A DNA stretch of 64,000 nt from Chrysomallon squamiferum (GCA_012295275.1 CM022679.1:14756001-14820000); one strand, 5' to 3'; counted from the first letter of the stretch, positions 1 to 12,165 are shown. Numbers and translations: made by a program. Notes: a model not told the origin generated them from the sequence alone.

Positions 1-3000
1 CCATACATACACTGTGTCTCAGTCTGAATATATTTCTGTGTATGTCTATGTAATACATGTGTGCATTTATATGTGTCCTGTGTATGTGCTAACTGTAGGT
101 ACTGATATGTATCTGCACTGTCTATGTATCTATGTTTATATGTACTGTGTGTATGTAATTACGTGCATGTTTCTACATTGCCCAGGTCACAGTTTCTGAC
201 AGAAAATTACTACTGACTACTATGCATTCAGACATCTAATATACATATAGAGAAGAGAAGACTTTCAGTTTTTAACTTACCAGATACATAGTTATCTCTA
301 TATTTAGGTACAGATACGTATGTACTTTGTCTATCTATTTATTTTTATGTTTCTATGTTGTTCAGGTCAGAGTGCTTGACAGAAAAATATTAATGACTGC
401 TGTGTAGTCTGTTATCTTTTAAACATGTAGAGAAGAGAAAACTTTCAGTTTTTAACTTACAAAATAAATAATTATCTCCTATCTGAGCAGATCCAGAATG
501 AGATGCTTTTGCTGGAAGGCCTCCTGCAGTGGAACAGAGTAGATTCTTTTTTTATATAAATCAAAACTTCAATGCATAATTTGTGAAAATATTTTTATCT
601 CCAAGTTATGAGAATTAGAAATAATCATTATATATAGTAGCAATTTCTTAAACAGCAGCCTAGGTTTTATGCATATATAGAGATATGCAGCATTCGGGTT
701 GCCATACATACACTGTGTCTCAGTCTGAATATATTTGTGTGTACATCTGTGTAATGCATGTGTGCATTTATATGTGTTCTGTGTATGTCCTAACTGTAGG
801 TACTCATATCTATCTACTCTGTCTATGTATGGATATGATGTTTCTATCATGTTCAGGTCACACTGTGTGACAGAAAAATATTGATGACTATTGTGTATTC
901 TGTTTTCTATTAAACAAGCAGAGAAGAGAAGACTTTCAATGTTCAACTTACCATAGTTATCTCCTATTTGTCTAGAACCAGAATGAGATTTGGGCCCTCG
1001 CCTATGTCTTGCTGTGAATCAGAGCAACATACATTTCTATAATTCACAACTTCAGAGCATAATTTCAGAAAGTGTTTTTAACTGCAAAATTCTGAGCTTT
1101 AGATGCAGCAGAAGTTTTTGAAAAACAAAAACGTTTTTTTCATCTAAATGCAGACATATGACAGCATACATTTTAACATACATTGTGTCTCTGAAATACT
1201 TGTGTCTATGTCTGTGTATTACATGATGACGTGTAGATATGTGTCCAAGTATGTGTTCTCTGTATAGACTAAGTGTACCTACAGGTATCTATGTTTATAT
1301 GTACTGTTTGTTTATGTGCACGTTTCTACGTTGCTCAGGTGACGGTGTCTGACAGAAAATTACTACTGACTATTAATATGCATAGACACAAGAGAAGACT
1401 TTCAGTTTTTAACTTACCAGATACATCGTTATCTATATATTTAGGTACAGATACGTATGTACTTTGTCTATTTATTTATTTGCACGTTTCTATGTTGTTC
1501 AGGTCAGAGTGCTTGACAGAAAAATACTAATGACTACTGTGTAGTCTGTTATCTTTTAAACATGTAGAGAAGAGAAAACTTTCAGTTTTTAACTTACAAG
1601 ATAAATAATTATCTCCTATCTGAGCAGATCCAGAATGAGAAGCTTTTGCTGGAAGGCCTCCTGCAGTGGAACAGAGTAGATTCTTTTTTATATAAATGAA
1701 AACATCAATGCATAATTTGTGAAAATATTTTTACCTCCACCTTATGAGAATTAGATATAATCATTATATATAGTAGGAATTTTTTAAACACACACCCCTA
1801 GGTTTTATGCATATATAGAGATATGCAGCATTTAGGTTGCCATACATACACTGTGTCTCAGTCTGAATATATTTGTGTGTACATCTGTGTAATGCATGTG
1901 TGCGTTTATATGTGTTCTGTGTATGTCCTAACTGTAGGTACTCATATCTATCTACTCTGTCTATGTATGGATATGATGTTTCTATCATGTTCAGGTCACG
2001 CTGTGTGACAGAAAAATCTTGATGACTACTGTGTATTCTGTTTTCTATTAAACAAGCAGAGAAGAGAAGACTTTCAATGTTCAACTTACCATAGTTATCT
2101 CCTATTTGTCTAGAACCAGAATGAGATTTGGGCCCTGGCTGTTGTCCTGCTGTAAATCAGAGCAAAATGCATTTCTATAATTCACAGCTTCAGAGCATAA
2201 TTTCTGAAAATGTTTCTACGTGCAAAATTCTGAGCACTGGATGCAGCAGAAGTTTTTGAAACACAAAAAAATTTTTTTCATCTACATGCAGAGATATGAC
2301 AGCATACATTTTAACATACATTGTGTCTCTGAATATACTTGTTTCTATGTCTGTGTATTGCATGATGACGAGTAGATCTGTCCAAGTATGTGTTCTCTGT
2401 ATAGACTAAGTGTACCTACAGGTATCTATGTTTATATGTACTGTGTGTATGTATTTATGTGCACGTTTCTACGTTGCTCAGGTGACACTGTCTGACAGAA
2501 AATTACTACTGACTACTATTAATTCAGACATCTAATATACATAAAGAGAAGAGAAGACTTTCAGTCTTGAACTTACCAGATACATAGTTATCTCTATATT
2601 TAGTTACAGATACGTATGTACTTTGTCTATTTATTTATTTGCACGTTTCTATGTTGTTCAGGTCAGAGTGCTTGACAGAAAAATACTAATGACTACTGTG
2701 TATTCTGTTATCTTTTAAACATGTAGAGAAGAGAAAACTTTCAGTTTTAACTTACAAGATAAATAATTATCTCCTATCTGAGCAGATCCAGAACGAGAAG
2801 CTTTTGCTGGAAGGCCTCCTGCAGTGGAACAGAGTAGATTCTTTTTATATAAATCAAAACTTCAATGCATAATTTGTGAAAATATTTTTACCTCCAACTT
2901 ATGAGAATTAGATATAATCATTATATATAGTAGCAATTTTTTAAACAGCCCCCTAGGTTTTATGCATATATAGAGATATGCAGCATTCTGGTTGCCATAC

Positions 3001-5990
3001 ATACACTGTGTCTCAGTCTGAATATATTTGTGTGTACATCTGTGTAATGCATGTGTGCATTTATATGTGTTCTGTGTATGTCCTAACTGTAGGTACTCAT
3101 CTATCTACTCTGTCTATGTATGGATATGATGTTTCTGTCATGTTCAGATCACACAGTGTGACAGAAAAATATCGATGACTACTGTGTATTTTGTTTTCTA
3201 TTAAACAAGCAGAGAAGAGAAGACTTTCAATGTTCAACTTACCATAGTTATCTCCTATTTGTCTAGAACCAGAATGAGATTTGGGCCCTCGCCTATGTCT
3301 TGCTGTGAATCAGAGCAACATACATTTTTATAATTCACAACTTCAGAGCATAATTTCTGAAAGTCTTTTTATGTGCAAAATTCTGAGCTTTAGATGCAGC
3401 AGAAGTTTTTGAAAAACAAAAAACCTTTTTTCATCTACATGCAGAGATATGACAGCATACATTTTAACATACATTGTGTCTCTGAATATACTTGTTTCTA
3501 TGTCTGTGTATTGCATGATGACGAGTAGATCTGTCCAAGTATGTGTTCTCTGTATAGACTAAGTGTACCTACAGGTATCTATGTTTATATGTACTGTGTG
3601 TATGTATTTATGTGCACGTTTCTACGTTGCTCAGGTGACACTGTCTGACAGAAAATTACTACTGACTACTATTAATTCAGACATCTAATATACATAAAGA
3701 GAAGAGAAGACTTTCAGTCTTGAACTTACCAGATACATAGTTATCTCTATATTTAGTTACAGATACGTATGTACTTTGTCTATTTATTTATTTGCACGAT
3801 TCTATGTTGTTCAGGTCAGAGTGCTTGACAGAAAAATACTAATGACTACTGTGTATTCTGTTATCTTTTAAACATGTAGAGAAGAGAAAACTTTCAGTTT
3901 TTAACTTACAAGATAAATAATTATCTCCTATCTGAGCAGATCCAGAACGAGAAGCTTTTGCTGGAAGGCCTCCTGCAGTGGAACAGAGTAGATTCTTTTT
4001 TATATAAATCAAAACTTCAATGCATAATTTGTGAAAATATTTTTACCTCCAACTTATGAGAATTAGATATAATCATTATATATAGTAGCAATTTTTTAAA
4101 CAGCCCCCTAGGTTTTATGCATATATAGAGATATGCAGCATTCTGGTTGCCATACATACACTGTGTCTCAGTCTGAATATATTTGTGTGTACATCTGTGT
4201 AATGCATGTGTGCATTTATATGTGTTCTGTGTATGTCCTAACTGTAGGTACTCATCTATCTACTCTGTCTATGTATGGATATGATGTTTCTGTCATGTTC
4301 AGATCACACAGTGTGACAGAAAAATATCGATGACTACTGTGTATTTTGTTTTCTATTAAACAAGCAGAGAAGAGAAGACTTTCAATGTTCAACTTACCAT
4401 AGTTATCTCCTATTTGTCTAGAACCAGAATGAGATTTGGGCCCTCGCCTATGTCTTGCTGTGAATCAGAGCAACATACATTTTATAATTCACAACTTCAG
4501 AGCATAATTTCTGAAAGTCTTTTTATGTGCAAAATTCTGAGCTTTAGATGCAGCAGAAGTTTTTGAAAAACAAAAAACCTTTTTTCATCTACATGCAGAC
4601 ATATGACAGCATACATTTTAACATACATTGTGTCTCTGAATATACTTGTTTCTATGTCTGTGTATTGCATGATGACGAGTAGATCTGTCCAAGTATGTGT
4701 TCTCTGTATAGACTAAGTGTACCTACAGGTATCTATGTTTATATGTACTGTGTGTATGTATTTATGTGCACGTTTCTACGTTGCTCAGGTGACACTGTCT
4801 GACAGAAAATTACTACTGACTACTATTAATTCAGACATCTAATATAAATAAAGAGAAGAGAAGACTTTCAGTCTTGAACTTACCAGATACATAGTTATCT
4901 CTATATTTAGTTACAGATACGTATGTACTTTGTCTATTTATTTATTTGCACGATTCTATGTTGTTCAGGTCAGAGTGCTTGACAGAAAAATACTAATGAC
5001 TACTGTGTATTCTGTTATCTTTTAAACATGTAGAGAAGAGAAAACTTTCAGTTTTTAACTTACAAGATAAATAATTATCTCCTATCTGAGCAGATCCAGA
5101 ACGAGAAGCTTTTGCTGGAAGGCCTCCTGCAGTGGAACAGAGTAGATTCTTTTTTATATAAATCAAAACTTCAATGCATAATTTGTGAAAATATTTTTAC
5201 CTCCAACATATGAGAATTAGATATAATCATTATATATAGTAGCAATTTTTTAAACAGCCCCCTAGGTTTTATGCATATATAGAGATATGCAGCATTCAGG
5301 TTGCCATACATACACTGTGTCTCAGTCTGAATATATTTGTGTGTACATCTGTGTAATGCATGTGTGCATTTATATGTGTTCTGTGTATGTCCTAACTGTA
5401 GGTACTCATATCTATCTACTCTGTCTATGTATGGATATGATGTTTCTATCATGTTCAGGTCACACTGTGTGACAGAAAAATATTGATGACTATTGTGTAT
5501 TCTGTTTTCTATTAAACAAGCAGAGAAGAGAAGACTTTCAATGTTCAACTTACCATAGTTATCTCCTATTTGTCTAGAACCAGAATGAGATTTGGGCCCT
5601 CGCCTATGTCTTGCTGTGAATCAGAGCAACATACATTTCTATAATTCACAACTTCAGAGCATAATTTCTGAAAGTCTTTTTATGTGCAAAATTCTGAGCT
5701 TTAGATGCAGCAGAAGTTTTTGAAAAACAAAAAACTTTTTTTCATCTACATGCAGACATATGACAGCATACATTTTAACATACATTGTGTCTCTGAATAT
5801 ACTAGTGTCTATGTCTGTGTATTTCATGATGACGAGTAGATCTGTGTCCAAGTATGTGTTCTTTGTATAGACTAAGTGTACCTTCAGGTATCTATGTTTA
5901 TATGTACTGTGTGTATATATTTATGTGCACGTTTCTACGTTGCTCAGGTGACGGTGTCTGACAGAAAATTACTACTGACTACTATGACTA
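1..5990. repeat. Tandem array of ~1.14-1.16 kb units (at least 5 copies, extends left of window)
   Basis: Landmark GCTGGAAGGCCTCCTGCAGTGGAACAGAG recurs with exon anchors at 461, 1598, 2756, 3910, 5064 (spacings 1137, 1158, 1154, 1154). Each unit contains three related sub-units ending in AGAAGAGAARACTTTCA...AACTTAC. Confidence 0.95.
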
Positions 5991-8900
5991 TTCTGACATC
6001 TAATATATATAGAGAGAAGAGAAGACATTTTACGTGCAAAATTCTGAGAATTAGATGGAGCAGAAGTTTTTGAAACACAAGAAACTTTCTTTCATCTACT
6101 GTGTATTCTATTATCTAGTAAACATGTAAAGAAGAGAAATCTTTCAGTTTTTAACTTACCGGATTCGCAGTTATCTTCTGTTTCACTAGAATCCAAATCA
6201 GGTACATATACTGCCAGTTGTTCTGCAGTGAAAAAGCGTAAATACATTCTTTATAATTCACAACTTCAATGCATTATTTCTGAAAGTGTTTATACCTCCA
6301 AATTCTGAGAATTAGATATAATTATTTAATGTAGTAGCAGTTTTTGAAACAGAAGAAACTGGTTTTTTTTTCGATGTGTAAAGATATGACAGTATGCAGT
6401 TTAAGATACATACACTGTGTCTCTGAATATATTTGTCTGTTTGTCTGTTGTGCATGTCTGCATATATGTGCATGTGTATATGTGGGTGCTGGTTACATAC
6501 AAGTAAGTATGCTGATATGCGTTGTGTCTATGTATGTTTATATGTACTGTGTCTATGTATTTATGTCCTCGTTTCTGTGTAATCCATGTCTACTGTATGT
6601 ATGTGCTGTGTGTATGTGCTAAGTGTAGATACAGGTATGTATTTATATGCACTGTGTCTATATATTTATGTGCGTGTCTCTATTTTGTTCAGGTCACAAT
6701 GTGTGACAGAAATGAACTAATGACTACAATCTATTCTGTTACCTATTAAATATACAGAGAAAAGAAAACTAAGTTTTTAACTCACTGCATTCAGTATTAT
6801 CGTCTGTTTCAGAAGAATGAGAATCTTCTACATCTTCTGTCTTTTCTCCTGTGAAACAGAGTGAATACATTTTTATAATTCACAACTTCAATGCATAATT
6901 TCTGAAAATGTTTTTACCTTCAAAATTCTGAGAATTAGATATAATTATTAAAGGTAGTAGCATTTCTTAAAACAGAAAAAGTCTTTTTCAGCTATGGAGC
7001 ATGGAGTTTTACAACATTTAAATAAGTAATGGCCAATATAAGAATAATTATCATGGTCATGAGGAAGTAATAATTAGTGTGTGTTTTGTGTTTTGCTATT
7101 TTCATCTGTCAGAAATTACCTCTACCTCTTTAAATTGTTTATTTATTATCAAAATAAATAAAATAGTGTGAATTTACAAAAGACAAAAAGTAAACATTAT
7201 AATGTGCAGACATATGACAGCATACATTTTAACATACATTGTGTCTCTGAATATACTAGTGTCTATGTCTGTGTATTTCATGATGACGAGTAGATCTGTG
7301 TCCAAGTATGTGTTCTTTGTATAGACTAAGTGTACCTTCAGGTATCTATGTTTATATGTACTGTGTGTATATATTTATGTGCACGTTTCTACGTTGCTCA
7401 GGTGACGGTGTCTGACAGAAAATTACTACTGACTACTATGACTATTCTGACATCTAATATATATAGAGAGAAGAGAAGACATTTTACGTGCAAAATTCTG
7501 AGATTAGATGGAGCAGAAGTTTTTGAAACACAAGAAACTTTCTTTCATCTACTGTGTATTCTATTATCTAGTAAACATGTAAAGAAGAGAAATCTTTCAG
7601 TTTTTAACTTACCGGATTCGCAGTTATCTTCTGTTTCACTAGAATCCAAATCAGGTACATATACTGCCAGTTGTTCTGCAGTGAAAAAGCGTAAATACAT
7701 TCTTTATAATTCACAACTTCAATGCATTATTTCTGAAAGTGTTTATACCTCCAAATTCTGAGAATTAGATATAATTATTTAATGTAGTAGCAGTTTTTGA
7801 AACAGAAGAAACTGTTTTTTTTTCGATGTGTAAAGATATGACAGTATGCAGTTTAAGATACATACACTGTGTCTCTGAATATATTTGTCTGTTTGTCTGT
7901 TGTGCATGTCTGCATATATGTGCATGTGTATATGTGGGTGCTGGTTACATACAAGTAAGTATGCTGATATGCGTTGTGTCTATGTATGTTTATATGTACT
8001 GTGTCTATGTATTTATGTCCTCGTTTCTGTGTAATCCATGTCTACTGTATGTATGTGCTGTGTGTATGTGCTAAGTGTAGATACAGGTATGTATTTATAT
8101 GCACTGTGTCTATATATTTATGTGCGTGTCTCTATTTTGTTCAGGTCACAATGTGTGACAGAAATGAACTAATGACTACAATCTATTCTGTTACCTATTA
8201 AATATACACAGAAAAGAAAACTAAGTTTTTAACTCACTGCATTCAGTATTATCGTCTGTTTCAGAAGAATGAGAATCTTCTACATCTTCTGTCTTTTCTC
8301 CTGTGAAACAGAGTGAATACATTTTTATAATTCACAACTTCAATGCATAATTTCTGAAAATATTTTTACCTTCAAAATTCTGAGAATTAGATATAATTAT
8401 TAAAGGTAGTAGCATTTCTTAAAACAGAAAAAGTCTTTTTCAGCTATGGAGCATGGAGTTTTACAACATTTAAATAAGTAATGGCCAATATAAGAATAAT
8501 TATCATGGTCATGGGGAAGTAATAATTAGTGTGTATTTTGTGTTTTGCTATTTTCATCTGTCAGAAATTACCTCTACCTCTTTAAATTGTTTATTTATTA
8601 TCAAAATAAATAAAATAGTGTGAATTTACAAAAGACAAAAAGTAAACATTATAATGTGCAGACATATGACAGCATACATTTTAACATACATTGTGTCTCT
8701 GAATATACTAGTGTCTATGTCTGTGTATTTCATGATGACGAGTAGATCTGTGTCCAAGTATGTGTTCTTTGTATAGACTAAGTGTACCTTCAGGTATCTA
8801 TGTTTATATGTACTGTGTGTATATATTTATGTGCACGTTTCTACGTTGCTCAGGTGACGGTGTCTGACAGAAAATTACTACTGACTACTATGACTATTCT

Positions 8901-10726
8901 GACATCTAATATATATAGAGAGAAGAGAAGACATTTTACGTGCAAAATTCTGAGAATTAGATGGAGCAGAAGTTTTTGAAACACAAGAAACTTTCTTTCA
9001 TCTACTGTGTATTCTATTATCTAGTAAACATGTAAAGAAGAGAAATCTTTCAGTTTTTAACTTACCGGATTCGCAGTTATCTTCTGTTTCAGGTACATAT
9101 ACTGCCAGTTGTTCTGCAGTGAAAAAGCGTAAATACATTCTTTATAATTCACAACTTCAATGCATTATTTCTGAAAGTGTTTATACCTCCAAATTCTGAG
9201 AATTAGATATAATTATTTAATGTAGTAGCAGTTTTTGAAACAGAAGAAACTGTTTTTTTTTTCGATGTGTAAAGATATGACAGTATGCTGTTTAAGATAC
9301 ATACACTGTGTCTCTGAATATATTTGTCTGTTTGTCTGTTGTGCATGTCTGCATATATGTGCATGTGTATATGTGGGTGCTGGTTACATACAAGTAAGTA
9401 TGCTGATATGCGTTGTGTCTATGTATGTTTATATGTACTGTGTCTATGTATTTATGTCCTCGTTTCTGTGTAATCCATGTCTACTGTATGTATGTGCTGT
9501 GTGTATGTGCTAAGTGTAGATACAGGTATGTATTTATATGCACTGTGTCTATATATTTATGTGCGTGTCTCTATTTTGTTCAGGTCACAATGTGTGACAG
9601 AAATGAACTAATGACTACAATCTATTCTGTTACCTATTAAATATACAGAGAAAAGAAAACTAAGTTTTTAACTCACTGCATTCAGTATTATCGTCTGTTT
9701 CAGAAGAATGAGAATCTTCTACATCTTCTGTCTTTTCTCCTGTGAAACAGAGCGAATACATTTTTATAATTCACAACTTCAATGCATAATTTCTGAAAAT
9801 GTTTTTACCTTCAAAATTCTGAGAATTAGATATAATTATTAAAGGTAGTAGCATTTCTTAAAACAGAAAAAGTCTTTTTCAGCTATGGAGCATGGAGTTT
9901 TACAACATTTAAATAAGTAATGGCCAATATAAGAATAATTATCATGGTCATGGGGAAGTAATAATTAGTGTGTATTTTGTGTTTTGCTATTTTCATCTGT
10001 CAGAAATTACCTCTACCTCTTTAAATTGTTTATTTATTATCAAAATAAATAAAATAGTGTGAATTTACAAAAGACAAAAAGTAAACATTATAATGATGTA
10101 CACTGCATTCATAAAGATATAAACAATTTTGTCATACTTCCTAGCAGATAATATCCGAGGTTCAAAACAAGTTCCATAGCGGCTGACCTATAAAAGTGTA
10201 AACATTAACACAAAGCCTTTAAAGTATGTTTTCTGAACTGGACTAGTAAATTATGTAAATCTAATAACTACAAAAACAGTTTCACTTGGTTATATTCTCT
10301 TAATTTAGAGATGTGTACTAAATATAATTAACAGAATAGTTACGAAGCTATTTTCTTTATTTTGTCAACCTTAATATCAAACTATGCTATGTAAACAATG
10401 TAAATGCAGATATCATAAGAATAGTTTGACTAAATTAAGTAAAGTAAAAATATAGTAATAGTTTCAATAATTTATATTTATAGAATTTTTAATACTAATA
10501 CTAAATTAAGTTATATAAACAATGAAAATATACAAAATATCAGAATACCTACAGCAACATATATTCTTAATTTTCTAAATATCAACACTAATTTGTAATA
10601 CAAACAATGGAAATATATAGATAATATCAGAATAATATTAGTAAGTTATATGCTCAGGTTTCTCAATACCGATACTAAATTAGTTACATAAAAACTATCA
10701 ATGAAAACTTACAAAAATGCACCCAT
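461..10726 (-). CDS. Predicted multi-microexon repetitive protein (3' partial, continues beyond window start): N-terminal MGAFLS leader, acidic repeats, then QIGDNY repeats
   Basis: Exons read by hand on the minus strand, all bounded by AG/GT: 10713-10726 (ATG GGT GCA TTT TT|gtaagt) and 10138-10187 (phase 2 to 1); then phase 1-1 exons 9677-9739, 9066-9113, 8238-8300, 7613-7675, 6786-6848, 6160-6222, 5554-5613, 5064-5126, 4398-4457, 3910-3972, 3243-3302, 2756-2818, 2090-2149, 1598-1660, 952-1011, 461-523. Array exon lengths are 63, 60 or 48 nt and the joined frame (~347 aa) has no stop: MGAFLSAAMELVLNLGYYLLGR-(EKTEDVEDSHSSETDDNTECK-QLAVYVPDLDSSETEDNCESG)x3-(RHRRGPKSHSGSRQIGDNYG-GLPAKASRSGSAQIGDNYLSS)x5, with small variants. 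No expression data available. Confidence 0.75.
5751..10095. repeat. Tandem array of ~1.45 kb units (3 near-identical copies), related to the 1.15-kb array
   Basis: TGCAGACATATGACAGCATAC starts at ~5751, ~7205 and ~8657. Exon anchors fall at 6786, 8238, 9677. The third copy has a 15-bp deletion at ~9090. The first ~250 bp of each unit match a segment of the 1.15-kb unit. Confidence 0.95.
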
Positions 10727-10901
10727 GTTTGTTTTTTCAAAACTGCAGAATGTTCGTGCTGCAGATGTTTAACTCCACTGTATTGTACAGTTCAGTCAAT
10801 TCACACTAAATATGACAGGAAGAACGTCAGAAGAACAAAGACGTCAGATAAAAGAAATGCATACAAAAGTGATGTCCAGCAAATTGAGAATCCCAGCAAA
10901 T
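10727..10901 (-). other. Putative 5' UTR part of the first coding exon of the microexon-array gene
   Basis: Acceptor ATATTTTCAG| at 10902-10903 (minus). The segment is slightly GC-richer than its flanks and leads to aaacATGG at 10726. Confidence 0.45.
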
Positions 10902-11109
10902 CTGAAAATATTTGTAAAATAATGAAAACAAAAAAATACACTTCATATTTTTAAAAAGAAACGAAACAATCAAAAAAAAAAAAAAACTTTCATAATACTT
11001 ACTAATTATTCTTTCCTCTTATTTTTTTTTCTTATTTTTAGCTTCCGTTAAGTAATTTGTTTTGATATTTTTTCTTTGTTTTTATCTTGTTTTATATAAT
11101 TATTTAGTT

Positions 11110-11252
11110 CCAGTAAATAAGATCGTTAATAAAGCTAGCCACTGAATGTCAGTTAGTTTAAATTTACCATGCTATGTCATGTAAATATTATGTGTGAATA
11201 TTATGACTTGGCAAAGAGCATTACCTTAATAATATCTTTCTTTGTGTATAAC

Positions 11253-11291
<39 letters not shown>

Positions 11292-11685
11292 TATTCATGT
11301 TACAGCATATTATAATTTCAGCAAGACACGCAGACATTGTTTATTTAGTTGGTTAATTTCTTTTCACGACTCACATTACATTTAAGATACATTTCCACTT
11401 TTAACTACGTTACGGGATAAACACATTAATTATCCTAAACACAATTTTATTTGAAAAGCAAATTCATTTCTTTCCACTTTTTTATTTTATTTTATTTTAT
11501 TTTATGTTATTGTACATGTTTTATTTTTTTAAATCTTTTTTATGACCTGTTTCAATTTGTTTCCCTGTAATCTCAATGAGTCATATGATTAACCGGCAGA
11601 TTTAAATTTCTAGTCTATGCACTTTTAAGTGCAGTCGTTCTAGGTCACCGGTTTATTTCTTTATACAAATTAGAATACAGACACG

Positions 11686-11728
<43 letters not shown>

Positions 11729-11804
11729 ACACACACAACACACAATCGAAAGTGGGAGGCGTAGAAGACATACAGAAAGAGGAAAAATAAGAGACCTAAC
11801 TCAA

Positions 11805-11849
<45 letters not shown>

Positions 11850-12165
11850 TTCTTTTTTCGCACAATAATAGTCAAGCCCCACCGAATTTATGCTCACAGT
11901 AGTGCAACCTGTTTTATAATTAAAAACATAAAAAAAAAAAAATAAGAACAGCTTGCTTTCTTTGTTAAACACTATATACAAAGTAAACCACATACTGTCA
12001 AACACTGAAATAATGATAATTAGAAAAGACATGATCTGAAACTTTCCACAACGGAATTATTTATATTTACTTTTGCTGTTGACAATTTCAATTAATAAAC
12101 AAAAAATTTGTTAATTTCTTCATCAAGGCTAATAACGATATTTTCTATGATTGCTATGGCTTCGT
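11110..12165. repeat. Dispersed direct duplication, copy 1 (copy 2 at ~14858-15966; partial third copy ~16115-16300)
   Basis: Shared strings CAGTAAATAAGATC..AGCCACTGAATGTCAGTTAG, TTATGACTTGGCAAAGAGCATTACCTTAATAATATCT, AAAGTGGGAGG and TTTTGCTGTTGACAATTTCA occur in the same order, with the same embedded (CA)n and (AAT)n tracts. Confidence 0.85.

Noticed and set aside
14-9640. Many 60-140 aa Cys/Tyr/Val/Met-rich ORFs on both strands of the tandem arrays
   Set aside because: They translate degenerate (TG/TA)n intronic sequence and change frame between copies. The coding signal is in the minus-strand microexons.
10005-10025. Possible 8-nt microexon (AAAG|AGGTAGAG|GTAATT, minus) in each 1.45-kb unit
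   Set aside because: It has a weak acceptor and would shift the frame; the model is open without it.
1-10095. Hammerhead ribozyme/retrozyme or CRISPR interpretation of the tandem arrays
   Set aside because: No CTGANGA...GAAA core with flanking stems was seen. Units are kb-sized with no unique spacers, and the context is eukaryotic.
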